The notes beneath the pieces are model-generated. The model was not told the DNA's origin and ran no database searches. It saw only the letters and a list, made by a program, of their open reading frames with translations. DNA of 64,000 bases, taken from positions 4,402,001 to 4,466,000 of the forward strand of contig NW_025963957.1 of the NCBI RefSeq assembly GCF_023055435.1, given 5' to 3'. This document shows positions 1 through 12,645 of the stretch, one piece after another. Positions within the stretch are counted from its first letter, which is position 1. Every line of letters begins with the position of its first letter. Source of the stretch: Haliotis rufescens. Its lineage: Eukaryota. The translations under genes and the position numbers were made by a program.

Positions 1-599
1 GCACAATTGAAATCAATGGAGATGCATACTTCTTGTCTAAATCTCCTATCCACAAATTTGTCCAGCCTTTATACTGCAGGTTTAACGCAAGAATGACATC
101 ATGTTAAATGTACATTTAAAAGTACATTGAGAAGAATACAAAATATTTAGAAACGCATGTAATATGCATGTGGCACGGTGTTCAAAGGTTTGCACACGAG
201 ATGAGCACCCGTTTAGCATCCATGTGCAACGTGTGACCAACGGGCATGCCATACATGTTACACTGGACCGGGTTTCGGTCGCATTTGACAAATAGAACAA
301 TGAACAGTGAGATGAATCGGAATTGTGTGCATGAAACCTTAAACATAAGGTCGGCCCGTCTTAATTAGGTTTTGCTTGCTTGACTAAATGCATGAATGAT
401 TCAACTAGGCTCCAGACGGTGTCGGCCCGGTTGAGCCACATATGGTATTCAGGAGGAAAATTCATGGTTGCGCTCCCGGGACCAGTAAGGGCGTAGTCTT
501 CACGGGCATAGACTATCGGCATCCTCTGCATAAAACGAAACACTGTCTATTCCATCTTCTATGAGTTATCAGATATCCCTTCATCAATAAGTAGCCCTT

Positions 600-1190
600 A
601 GGTCCAGAGGACACTGATAGCCTGTTTCTTCATTAGACACACTGGTACATATTCCTCGTTTAATGTTCTGAGGTAAACTTCTTTTGGTGTGGCTGGGATG
701 AAAGGGGGAAAACTTGAGGTACTGGTACAGTATCCACTCTAGTGTCATTCTTCATAATCTCAGTGTCAAGATTTAATTTAAATCCGTTTCCATAGTAAAT
801 TTGTATCTATGTTGTTTAGCAGTGTCCTAAATGTATCTCAATTGTCATGAGTTGGACGCTGCCGCTTGTTTGTGATTCTAAAAGGGATGCAAGGTTTTGC
901 AAACATCTATCTAACACACATCATGGAAACTTTCCAAACTCTTGACCACATGTTTTAGTCACAACATCTGCAAACCTTCTTCTTGATATCACAGGACAAA
1001 TGTTACACATGTTGGTGCCATTTTCGAACCCATTGCAGCCCCTTTAATCTGTTTGTAGATATTTCCTTAAAAGTAGTAAGTATTGTTTTGAAGTATAAAG
1101 TGAATACTCTCGAAGTTTCAATTTAAATCATAAATAGACAGAATGTGTCAAAAGTATCTTCAAGGGAACGTTTGACACTATATCTTGTGG
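600..1190 (-). mobile_element. Degenerate Penelope-like element reverse transcriptase fragment (second copy ~61010-61570)
   Basis: Manual minus-strand translation gives FILQNNTYYF*GNIYKQIKGAAMGSKMAPT and QYLKFSPFHPSHTKRSLP, typical PLE RT and thumb motifs, with many stops. Confidence 0.75.
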
Positions 1191-1206
1191 GTCAACCCCT
1201 TAAAGA

Positions 1207-1288
1207 GTGAGTGAGTGAGTGAGTATGGGTTTACGCCGCTTTTAGCAATATTCCAGCAATATCACGGCGGGGGACACCAGAAATGGGC
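1207..1288 (-). mobile_element. 5'-truncated tRNA-type SINE with (ACTC)n tail and 12-bp TSD
   Basis: TSD accccttaaaga at 1195-1206 and 1289-1300; single-copy empty site near 61581. Confidence 0.9.
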
Positions 1289-1344
1289 ACCCCTTAAAGA
1301 ATAGAGGCACCAATTTCCCACATGCCTTCCGTGAAAAGTGTCTA

Positions 1345-1530
1345 TGCTGGTCGTAAGAGGCCACAAACGGGATCGTGTGATCAGGCTCGCTGTCTTGGCT
1401 GATGTATGTCATCGTATCAAAATTGCGTGGATCGATGCTCATGATGTCAATCACTGGGTTGTCTGGTCCAAACACGATTATTTACAGACCGCCGTCATAT
1501 AGCTGGAATAATGCTGAGTGCGGCGTTACA
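1345..1530 (+). mobile_element. Structured-head SINE-like element, 5'-truncated
   Basis: Matches the family body ...gtctggtccaaacacgattatttacagaccgccgtcatatagctggaata...gcggcgtta. Confidence 0.8.
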
Positions 1531-1594
1531 CAAGTAACACACAAACAATATGGTCGTATGGCAAATTATATTTAAAACATACTTTGGCCAAGAT

Positions 1595-1938
1595 TGGTAT
1601 GCGGGAGGCATTAAAATGGACCCTGTCCGCTCGCACCACGTGCGTCCGTCGGTGCAAGATGTCGTTTCCGTAGCAGATCTTGAAAACTGTACAATTTGAA
1701 AAATATATTTTTCAAGTTTCCATGGTAACAACTTTGAGTTAGGTTGGAAATGGTGGTAGTGCTCGTCTCCGGGGCAAATCTTGAGGACCGTTCTATATTT
1801 CTTCACAAAACTTGGTACAAAGATAGGTCTAGTGGTGAACTGGTGCTTTTCGTTTGTTTTCTGATTTTTTCAAGTTTCATTAATTGATTCACAAGTAATT
1901 ACCGTTGCGAGGGACACTGGTGACTTTGTCCTCTTGTT
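1595..1938. repeat. Probable non-autonomous Helitron/Helentron-associated (HINE-like) repeat
   Basis: cgtccgtc motif, aaacttggtaca motif and a cttgtt end resemble common molluscan non-autonomous repeats; family assignment is tentative. Confidence 0.3.
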
Positions 1939-2103
1939 TATATACTAGTATACGGTGGGCCTTAGCATTTACAATATATTTATGAATTGTGTACAATAGA
2001 ATATCAACAGAAATCAGCTTTTTTTCTTGTCTTCCTTGCTTGTTTAGAGTCCTTATTAAAGAATGAGGTATGGTTGTGTGTATTTGCAGAGGATTTAGAA
2101 ATA

Positions 2104-2504
2104 TACTCAATGACAAAGGTTCCCGTGACACCAATATTGTAGTGTATTTTTCAAAAAAAGTAAAGTTAGGTTTTCAATATTATAGTACATGTATGGAATC
2201 AAGTCACAAAAACGCAACTGCTACAGAAAAGCATGCAGTTCATGCAAAAGTTGACTTTTTTGCAAGTCACATGCATTTCACTACCCAAGAATGGGTATAA
2301 AAACATGTGCGTTAACGTGGCTCCATATGCATTGTTTAGCATCGTGCTGACAACAACAACTCAGAAAAACAACAACATTACGCAATTATTCAACATTACG
2401 AAATGCCACACCTGTCCTAAAATGAGCGTCTACGAGCCATTGGTATGCTTGAAGCAGGATCGAGTCAACGTGATATTGCAAGACAATTTAACGTCCACAT
2501 AAAC
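2104..2504 (+). mobile_element. Tc1/mariner 5' fragment (same family as 9515-10955); paralogous copy 62051-62425
   Basis: TA followed by TIR tactcaatgacaaaggttcccgtgacacca; colinear with 9515-9915, then truncated near the Polinton end. Confidence 0.85.
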
Positions 2505-2523
2505 ACCATTATTAGTTGGGTGC

Positions 2524-3010
2524 AGTACTACAGGACCGCTCCTGGCTTCTGATTGGTCGAGAGGGCCACGTGACCTCTGATGACGTCACTCCCGGTTTCG
2601 GTTTGGTCACGTGACTGCGCATCCGCGCAGGGCATGATGGGTCCTGCGTGCGCTTCCAAGGTGGCGGCACATCCGTTTCCGGTGGCGTGCGCATCCAAGA
2701 TGGCGTCGCATCCGTTTCCGGTGGCGTGCGCATCCAAGATGGCGTCGCATCCGTTTCCGGTGGCGTGCGCACCTCCAAGAGGGCTGCACATCCGTTTCCG
2801 GTGGCGTGCGCCTCCAAGAGGGCGTCGCATCCGTTTCCGGTGGTGCGCGCCTCCAAGAGGGTGGCGCATCCGTTTCCGGTGGCGTGCGCACCTCCAAGAG
2901 GACGTCGCATCCGTTTCCAGCCGGAGGCGCGCACCCCCGGAAACGAATGCGACGCCCTCTTAGAGGCGCACGCCACCGGAAACGGATGTGCAGACCTCTT
3001 GGAGGCGCGT
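2524..3010. mobile_element. Collapsed Polinton/Maverick remnant: one TIR with GC-rich ~40-bp subrepeats joined to an inverted piece of the same subrepeats
   Basis: Near-identical to 62446-62803, which leads into pPolB. 2925-3010 is the reverse complement of the subrepeats. Confidence 0.75.
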
Positions 3011-3255
3011 CTCCTCCACAGACACAGGGTGTAACCCACGACAAACAAGTTGCCTCTTATGACTAGCAATAGGGTCATGGCGACACATGTCACCCCAGGT
3101 ACACACATGGTATCTAAAAGTAGAACATTTCTATTGTAATATGAATATTTGACGCAACAGTTTGGCAACTCCTGAAAAAGACACTGTTGTCTAATAGCCT
3201 ACAGTTCATATAAATTCTGCCTCAAGACATTACTTACTTTTTTGCACGTTTACAG

Positions 3256-3465
3256 ATGCGTCTGCTGTACACGTGGTGTGCTCTGGCCTGTGTGCTACTG
3301 TTCACCGGGGATGCAACTGCCTTTGGGTGGAGACGGAGACAGCACCGGGCCGGGATCTGTGATCGCAACCATTTCGTCAATGGCTGCACATTGCCTGTCA
3401 AGTGGTTACCCTACAAGAACACGTTCAAATCTGCTTGTAACAAACATGATGTTTGCTATACATGT
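3256..3465 (+). CDS. Secreted phospholipase A2 (conodipine/group IX-like) gene A, first coding exon
   Basis: Signal peptide MRLLYTWCALACVLLFTGDATA, VNGC loop and catalytic ACNKHDVCYTC; tacag acceptor directly before the ATG, GTAAGT donor at 3466 (phase 0). Confidence 0.9.
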
Positions 3466-4169
3466 GTAAGTGTTTCAGATATATTTTGTCATTTGCAATT
3501 GCCATTGATTGTGCAAGATGCTGTATGGGGACCTGTTCGTCAGGTTACATCAAACGTTCTGCGATTTATGTCCATCATCTACAATCTAAGTGATTGAAAA
3601 GTACCTTCCTCAAGCAGTTGTGATTATAAACATGTTAAGTTGACTAGTTTTCGGTCACTTTGAACAAAACTGCTTATTGGGGTTTGGCTACATATGGTGT
3701 TGTAAAAAATGCTTTTATACCAAATAAAAATGATTTATTATACCCAAAACACTCGGCCCCTAAAAATGAAGAAAAAACTAGAATCTACACCTCTGCATAA
3801 GCCTATAGTCAGAGGCTGTATTCTTTCACAACATTCACTTTTCAGAACGTATCGCGTCTGGAGGATTGAGGTTACTGTTGGTGTTTCCTTAATTCAAATC
3901 GACCACCTACTAAAACAGTGGACTATTGTTGTCATGGTTGACCGTTTATATCATAAAGCAATACCGACCCGGCTTTGAGAGACATCCTACTGAAATCCGA
4001 TATCTTAAGATACGTATTACCAAGCCGTAAATGTGTAACAGGTAACAATAATGGCTATTTTCTATAATGAAGAACCTGACCTTAAACTTTTGACTGACCA
4101 CGAGTTAAAAACAAGCTCACTGAATGAACTGAACGGGAAGGCCGTGTGTCTGCTGGAAGAACTTATTAT

Positions 4170-4660
4170 GCCACTGGTTACCCACTACTAATCAGACATC
4201 TTTGTGACCAGCTTTGAAGAATTTAACCTAGCCACATCCCCCTACCCGCCAGCCAGTCTTGGGTAGAGAAATGTTGACGACGCCTTCGCCATATCCTTGC
4301 AGAAAACTAAGTTCCAACCACCCTTTTCAACCACCTCAATAACCATGGTAACTCACTAAAACTCCCGAATACCCTTCCTTGACATTTTCTGTCAACGTCT
4401 CTGAAGTCATCACCACCTGAGTATACATGAAACCCCATCTCACAGATCAGTACATACACTACCTATGCAACCATCTCCCCTAGATAACAGTGCAATTGTT
4501 GCAACTCTCAACAGAGGAGCCAAGTCCGAATGCAGCCCTGTGAACACCTCCAGCCTACTCTTCAACATCTCAACCTCACCTTGCAGCATACGCCTTAAAG
4601 AACCCAAGTCATCCACCCAGAAAGAAGACATGAAATCAGCCCTGACAAACATTCACAAAC
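4170..4660 (+). mobile_element. Degenerate Penelope-like RT fragment in the gene A intron (mirror copy ~13330-13815, minus)
   Basis: Translates with frameshifts to SDIFVTSFEEFNLATSPYPP, RNVDDAFAI, PFLDI and TDQYIHY, PLE RT motifs. Confidence 0.7.
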
Positions 4661-5141
4661 ATAGGGTGGTGTGTGCAATAAATGTATCCTCTTAAAATAA
4701 TAAGGGCTCATGAAATAGAAATGTTTGTAGCGCCACACACATGCCTGTAGTGACATTCCTGATTTTAAGTTAATTTTAAGTTATTTCCGAGTATCCACTA
4801 CTTCCTTTGAAGAGTGCATAAGTCTTTCTATGATCTCTGGCTTCAAACGTATGCTTGCAGCAACATTTGACTTTAAATCACACACAGCGTTCATATTACA
4901 GAACTACAAAAAATACACCCATGGGGTTTAAAGCCATCAACATCATCGCTGGTTGCTTCCTGCTATAAAAACCAACTGGTTTGTCCTCTTTCTTGAGGTT
5001 ATTTGAATACTACGCTTTTGATATATGATTTGCACAATGGAAATTATTGCAACATGTCGAACTGACGATTAGTCATGAGCGTTTAATAAATATCAGTTAT
5101 AATTCTATACACATTCTACACTAATGTTACTGTTTTCACAG

Positions 5142-5339
5142 GCTGCAGCTTATGGAATATCAAGGGCAACATGTGATTACAAGTTTTACCACAATATGAG
5201 GGAAATTTGCGGGAGACGGTGGCTTTGCAAAAAGGCGGCTAAAGCTTATGTTTGGGGAACGAAGAAATACGGAAGAAAATATTTCCATCAACGAGCTTCA
5301 CCCGGCTGCCGTGATCATTGGGTGATACAGTGTCTGTGA
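5142..5339 (+). CDS. PLA2 gene A, last coding exon (spliced protein 135 aa, very basic)
   Basis: ttttcacag acceptor ending 5141; AAAYGISRATCDYKFYHNMREIC...GCRDHWVIQCL*; AATAAA at 5379. Confidence 0.9.
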   Translation, partial: AAAYGISRATCDYKFYHNMREICGRRWLCKKAAKAYVWGTKKYGRKYFHQRASPGCRDHWVIQCL

Positions 5340-7699
5340 TTGTGTGTTATCACATCACGCCATGCATTTCATGCATTCAATAAAATGATATTGGCATCAA
5401 TAGTATGATTGTTCTTCATTCTATGGTGTTATATTTGGTGCTATTTTTGTATGAAAAGAAAATTCGTTCAAATGTGACACGTATAATACGTAGAAAAGAT
5501 TATACCCTGACGTCATTTACACGAACGTGTAGATACCCTTCTAGCATATAGCACTTGCATTTCGCGCTCGCTCACACAAATAATCAATCATTTTGAGAAA
5601 TAATGTTGGTACACAACCATTGTATCATGCAAAGCCTTCATAGTTACCGAAGTTTAATTTAATTTATTCAAGAAATAATGTGAAGTCTACTTACTCAATT
5701 ATGGTGAACTCTATCGATATCTATAAAAGTCTTCTGGAAACTGGTCTTAGACTAGTTTTGGTCATGTGGCCTGTTGTTTCGCTACAACCGTTGGTTTAGG
5801 CTGGTTTATGTGTTGACATTTGACATCCTTTCTGAAGAGAAAGACATCTGAAAACCAACCATATATCTTTGGTAAAACATCCTTACTTTGAACATCTCTT
5901 TTGACATCGTCGTTGTCAACTGACTTTTTTTACCATCGTATTTAAACCGTCATTAATATTAAAACATGTAGTTTTATTCTGAACCAGGGTTTGGCTTCCT
6001 AGGTATAAGAAACTTGTCTATAAATAGGCGATCTGCGAATTCCATGACTAATTAAACGTCCAACTTCAATATACTTATCGATAGAACTAGATGCATAATC
6101 AATGGTACGAATGTACTGCAGCTCTTATCAATAAAACGTTAATTTGTCAAAGAGTTATACTGGATTTTTCGCCATGAACAATATTTTGCCACGAATGTTT
6201 TGCTGAAATTAATATTAGTGTGCAACAACAGTTATGGATGCCTGGTGACAGTAAACGCTTACAGATGATTTGAATTTTTGTATGAGGATTCTGGTGCTTG
6301 AAAGAAGAGACTATACATAAGAGCTACAGATGGCTGAGAAAGTTATCATTTTAAGCCAAAGTAAACTTTTCAAGTTTTAATCTATGTCTCTCTATTGCAA
6401 ACAGTTTGTAAACTGTTCAGCAAAAGTAAAGACAAGTGTTAAGTCAGCGAAGGCAGCATGCGTCCTGAATATCACAATCATAAGGGAAGTCGGGAACTGG
6501 AATCTTGTCGGATGAGAGCCAGGTGTTCCATATTCTTCTCGCGGTACAAAAGCTTCAGACTGTCACACCTAAATAAAGATATCTTACCATACCGGGATTT
6601 CGTGTTTCTATATTGAACATCGTTTATCTGAGTATAGGTTTGTATAAAATACAGAAACACTCCCCCATATATTTAATCTTTAATTTAGAGAAACAAAATC
6701 TTAGAATTTCATTTTGAAATCGTCGAATTCTTAATGTCTTTTACAGGAAATGTGTTTTCAATTATCCCAATTTGACAAATTTTCAAGAATAATTTATCGG
6801 CTTCATTAAGGAGATAAACAATTCGTTCTGTACGATTTGCAAGATGCTATGTTGAATTGATGAACGGAGCTTTTCAGTACATCTAGTTAGCATAACACCA
6901 CGCAAATCTTAGAAAACGAAGTATCTATAAACATTGTAACATGAAAGTTATTTGAAATCAATGTTTAGGAGGACCCCATTTAATCAGCGCATGAGCCAAC
7001 CGATCTGTCGTTAGCAAAACGTCTCCTCGTGCTTACCTTCGGCAGCATCCATGACATGGGGTGCCGCGAAACCGATCACTGGTTTCAAGGTACCCTTGTC
7101 ATGATGGTTCATTTTACCAAAGATTTGGTCACGTTTCCACGCCAATTTGTAAGAAAGGAAATAACAAGACAAAACTTTCATAAATTCAATTCTTTAACGC
7201 AGTTCCTTTTTTCATTTGCAATGTGTAAGCACGAGTATCGTCAAAACAGAAATAATCAAATTAAGAAAGACGAATAATATCGTTGGACCCTTATCCAAGA
7301 TAGTGTCATCTCGCCTGAAATGGAGGTGGAGACAGAAACAAGTAAAGTCAAACACATGCAAGTTTTAAACGTTCAATATTTACACCAAGGGTCCTCGTGG
7401 TGTACTATTCAGTGTCGTCGGAGTGACTCGTCTCTTGGGAGCCTGACTCAAAACCTCGGACATCAAGCCATTATGGATGTGACAGGATGACCTTGTTCAG
7501 GGTACAATTGTAAGAATAGGTGGTCCTATGTTTTTTAATGCATGTTAACTATATTACCACCCAATGTTACGATTAACTTGTAAGATTTTGTAAATTTCCT
7601 TATATTATTGTAAAATTTGACCACGCTCCACACTGTCTGTCAATGGTGTAAGGGAGGTAACTCTCACTAGAGTTAGTCGTATATGCGTTTGTTTATTTG

Positions 7700-7948
7700 A
7701 TTGTTTAACGCCATAATAGCAATATTGCAGCCATATGAAGGCGGTCTGTGAATAATCGAGTCTGGACGAGACAATCCAGTGATTGACATCATGAGCATCG
7801 AAAAACGCAATTGGGATACGATGACATTCATCAACCAAGTCAGCAAGCCTGACCACCCGATCCGGTTAATCGCCTCTCACGACAAGCATAGTCGCCTTTT
7901 ACGGCAAGTATGGGTTGCTGAAGATATATTCTACCCGGATCTTCATAG
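7700..7948 (-). mobile_element. Structured-head SINE-like element (further copies: 8468-8643 -, 24389-24632 +, 34478-34668 -, 43158-43424 -, 43466-43690 -, 45061-45330 +, 45790-46015 +, 47008-47435 +, 59605-59725 -)
   Basis: Recurrent ~240-bp consensus cccgtgaagatccggggtagaataggtcttcagcaacccatgcttgtcgtaagaggcgactaacggg...gcggcgttaaacaacaaac. Confidence 0.85.
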
Positions 7949-9514
7949 GAATATAGACAATAATCGGTTTCAGAGCTTAAACAGCACCAGCAAAGACCAT
8001 CAATTTATCTTTCTAGTCAAATGAGAAAACATTTTCTGTACGAGGAGGTCAACAATATTCTCTTTTCTACTTACATGTCTAATGCGGTACAACGTAGCCC
8101 CATCCCTCTGGATTTAATCTGTAAAACACTTGCTAAATACAAGTCCTATTCCTGTAAATAAAAGCGAGACAAAACATTTCCATAATCATTCCGACAATAT
8201 TGAAAGCAAGGTTCTAAGTACTTTCGATTTAATGACATCATTTCTGGTTTCGGAAGACAAATGCCCATTGCAGTACAACTTTTCACCTCCTGTAGCAACT
8301 TTAATAAAAACGTTATAATCACTTCCGGTGTGGGAAAACACATATCTAATGCAACACAACTTGGGAACAGAAAATCTTATGCCCCAAGCTACGTAAACCT
8401 TAATCAGAAAGTTACATAAATATGAAGTCAGATGAAATCGAGTTTTAGATCGCGTGTTGACAAAAGATTGTTTGTTGTTTAACGCCGCAATATTCCAGCT
8501 ATATGAAGGCGGTCTGTAAATAATCGACTCTGGACCAGACAATCCAGTGATTGACATCATCAGCATCGATCCACACAATTGTGATACGTTGACATGCATC
8601 AACCATGTCAGCGAGCCTGACCACCCGATCCCGTTAGTCGCCTGTTTGACTATAGATCTCAAAACGTTTTATGGTAGACATGTGGAGGACATTCCATATT
8701 TGACGTTACACTGACAAAATCATAAATAGTGGATAATGCAATTTCTTTCAGATGAATAATTGACTTGGATTTGCATGTGTTTGTGACGGGTGATACTGGT
8801 GGGGCAGCGTAATCTCACCTCTTCGCAAACTCAAGTTTCATCACTATTTTATACTTTGGGAATAACCAGCCATACTGTGTTTTCAGTTTTTTCTCAGAAT
8901 ATTTAACCTATATTCTGATACTGTGTTGCAAAACGAACATATATCTTAAATATTTGTCTGTAGTTAAATGAAGGAGAATCTCTGCACTTGTATACAGCAG
9001 TCGTAATTAAGGCTTCTTGCACTACACTTCTACACTAAAAGCCTACTGGATATGAACAAAGCCACACAGGTTGATATACAGCTACTAAATTTTCCCGGCA
9101 TGAGACCTTACACTAAAAGTTGTCTAATTTAGTTAAATTGTCTTAAATTTAGTTTAATACTGGCAGATAACTGCTGCATTTGAAACGCGAACGAGACAAA
9201 CATCTTTCACATTGGATATACTACATTTTCATGACTACATTTCCTATCTTAAACCGACATTTGGTAGTATCTAGTATATGGAATCACCTGCTCATCTACC
9301 CACCTAACCATCACCTAACCTGTGATTATTCAAGACATTGAAGGTAAATGATATTTACTTTATACTCTTAATTATACAATTATTAACATGAATGAAGTAA
9401 GTATTTTTGCTTGGACCTGACTAAAGGAGGAAAAACAGAGCAAAAACAGTTTCTAAGGGAGAAAACGTGTTCTATCTACAATAGTTAAGACTTTTATACA
9501 CCCACCTAATTATA

Positions 9515-10955
9515 TACTCAACAACAAAAGTTCCCGTGACACCAATATTTTAATGTATTTTTCAAACAAGTAAAGTTTGGTTTTCAATATTGTAGTGCAT
9601 GTATGGAATCAAGTCACAAAAACGCAACTGCTACAGAAAAGCATGCATTACATGCAAAAGTTGACTTTTATGCAAGCCCCATGCACTTCACTACCAAAGA
9701 ATGGGTATAAAAACATGTGCGTTAACGGGATTCCATTTGCATTGTTTAGCATCGTTCTGACAACAACCACTCAGAAAAACAACAAAATTACGCAATTATT
9801 CAACATTACGAAAGGCCACGCCTGTCCTAAAACGAGCGTCTGCGAGCCATTGGTATGCTTGAAGCAGGATCAGGTCAATGTGATGTTGCAAGACAATTTA
9901 ACGTCCACAGAAAACATTTGGTGTTTATGGCAACGTTGGCAACATACGAATACAGTCAGAGACCATCCTCGGAGTGGCAGGCCACGTGTAACCAATAATC
10001 GTCAAGACGATTGGATTCGAACAACACACCTACGAAATCGATTCCAGCCAGCAACAGTGACTGCAAGAAGCATCCCTGGCCTTCAACGAATATCTGCACA
10101 AACCGTACGTCGCCGCCTCAGATGTGCAGGGATTGTCGCCAGAAGACCCGCCAGACATCCAATTTTGACAGGAAACCACTGTCAAACACGTCTACAGTGG
10201 TGCAGTGGTGTTTTCACCTCAGCCAAAGCGATGGAGGGATTCGAGTGTACCGACGTCGAGGTGAACGTTACGTCAATCATTGTGTCATGGAAGATGATCG
10301 GTTCGGGGACGGCAGCGTTATGGTATGGGGTGAGATTACAGCAAGACAGAGGACCCGTTTGATAGTGGTAGAGGGAAATCGCGACGAGATCATCGGCCTT
10401 ATTGTTGTACCGTTTTTGCGTCGTCATGGCCCAGGCATTACTTTTCAACATGACAACGCCCGGCCTCATATTGCTCGACTTGTTCAGGATTCGCTTCAAC
10501 AAAACAACGTGAATGTCATCCCCTGGCCGGCTCACTCCCCTGATCTCTCACCAATCGAGCACATGTGGGATGAGATGGATCGGCGCCTTAGACGTCAACC
10601 ACGTGTTCCACAGACACTCTAGGAACTTCGAAACATGCTCCAGCTGATATGGACAGATATCCCGCAGGACTTTGTGCAACGCCTTGTCCATTCCATGAGA
10701 CGAAGATGTGTTGCTTGCATCGCAATCAGAGGAAGACACACACGCTATTGATTTGTAAATTGACATTTTGGCATGTTCATATGTTTTTTTTAATGAAATC
10801 ACGCATTTTCCGAAGTCAGTTTGACAAATTAAAACCATTTGAACACTTACAGGAGTCTTTTATCTGTTGCAAACTGAAATTGTTTCAGATTTGGTAAAAA
10901 ACATAACTTTGCATTAAATATTATTCAATGCCACAGGAACTTTTGTTGTTCAGTA
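9515..10955 (+). mobile_element. Tc1/mariner DNA transposon with decayed transposase
   Basis: TA TSDs; TIRs tactcaacaacaaaagttcc / ggaacttttgttgttcagta; motifs PRSGRPR, FQHDNARPH and WPAHSPDLSPIEHMW; frameshifted. Confidence 0.92.
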
Positions 10956-12645
10956 TATAATAATTACGCCGTAATATGGCTGGAATATTGTTATTATGGC
11001 GTTAGTCAATCAATCAAACAAACAAACAAACGCATATACGACTAACTCTAGTGAGAGTTACCTCCCTTACACCATTGACAGACAGTGTGGAGCGCGGCCA
11101 AATTTTGCAATAATATAAGGAAATTTACAAAATCTTACAAGTTAATCGTATCATTAGGTGGTAATATAGTTAACATGCATTAAAAACATAGGCCCACCTA
11201 TTCTTACAATTGTACCGAGAACAAGGTCATCCTGTCACATCCATAATGGTTTGATGTCCGAGGTTTTGAGTCAGGCTCCCAAGAGACGAGTCTTTCCGAC
11301 GACACTGAATGGTACACCACGAGGACCCTTTGTATTTTATACAAACCTATACTGAGATAAACGATGTTCAATAAAGAAACAACAATATCCCTGTCTGGTA
11401 AGATATCTATATTTAGGTGTGACAGTCTGAAACTTTTGTACCGCAAGAAGAATATGGAACACCTGGCTCTCATCCGACAAGATTCCAGTTCCCGACTTCC
11501 CTTATGATTGGGATATTCAGGACGCATGCTGCCTTCGCTGACTTAACACTTGTCTTTACTTTTGCTGAACAGTTTACAAACTGTTTGCAATAGCGAGACA
11601 TAGATTAAAACTTGAAAAGTTTACTTTGGCTTAAAATGATAACTTTCTCAGCCATCTGTAGCTCTTATGTATAGTCTCTTCTTTCAAGCACCAGAATCCT
11701 CATACAAAAATTCAAATCATCATTAAGCGTTTACTGTCACCAGGCATCCATAACTGTTGTTGCACACTAATATTAATTTCAGCAACACATTCGTTGCAAA
11801 ATATTGTTCATGGCGAAAAAATCAAGTATAACTCTTTGACTAATTTTATTGATAAGAGCTGCAGTACATTCGTACCATTGATTATGCATCTAATTCTATC
11901 GATAAGTATATTGAAGTTGGACGTTTAATTTGTCATGGAATCCGCAGATCGACTATTTGTAGACAATTTTCTTATACCTAGGAAGCTAAACCCTGGTTCA
12001 GAATAAAACTACATGTTTTGATATTAATGACGGTTTAAATACGATGGTAAGAAAAGTCAGTTGACAAAGACGATGTCAAAAGGGATGTTCAAAGTAAGGA
12101 TGTTTTACCAAATATATATGGTTGGTTTTCAGATGTCTTTCTCTTCAGAAAGGATGTCAAATGTCAACACATAAACCAGCCTAAACCAACGGTTGTAGAG
12201 AATCAACAGGCCACATGACCAAAACTAAAACTAGTCTAAGACCAGTTTCCAGAAGACTTTTATAGATATCGATAGAGTTCACCCAAATTGAGTAAGTAGA
12301 CTTCACATTATTTCTTGAATAAATTAAATTAAACTTTGGTAACTATGAAGGCTTTGCATGATACAATAGTTGTGTACCAACATTATTTCTCAAAATGATT
12401 GATTATTGTGTGAGCGAGCGCGAAATGCAAGTACTATATGCTAGAAGGGTATCTACACGTTCGTGTAAATGACGTCAGGGTATAATCTTTTCTACGTATT
12501 ATACGTGTCACATTTGAACGAATTTTCTTTTTATACAAAAATAGCACCAAATATAACGCCATAGAATGAAGAACAATCATACTATTGATGCCAATATCAT
12601 TTTATTGAATGCATGAAATGCATGGCGTGATGTGATAACACACAA

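Larger units (their letters stand above)
1..2925 (+). repeat. Segmental duplication, copy 1 (paralogue of 60412-62808); putative intron 1 of PLA2 gene A
   Basis: Window start gcacaattgaaatcaatgg recurs at 60412 and stays colinear and near-identical to the end of the Polinton TIR. ORFs 82..300, 361..543 and 1889..2134 recur at 60493, 60772 and 61836. Confidence 0.95.
3080..7743 (+). repeat. Left arm of a large inverted duplication
   Basis: Reverse complement of 10967-14925. The right arm lacks 6653-7386. Confidence 0.95.

Noticed and set aside
361-543. ORF conserved at 60772 as a host gene
   Set aside because: Conservation is explained by the recent segmental duplication; no recognisable domain or splice structure.
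2512-3168. Multiple overlapping ORFs and a CRISPR-like look (catccgtttccggtggcg repeats)
   Set aside because: These are GC-rich TIR subrepeats. The intervening sequences resemble each other rather than being unique spacers, there are no cas genes, and the context is eukaryotic.
3466-3597. C-terminal part of the 113-aa ORF as coding
   Set aside because: Read-through past a strong GTAAGT donor; the true continuation is 5142-5339.
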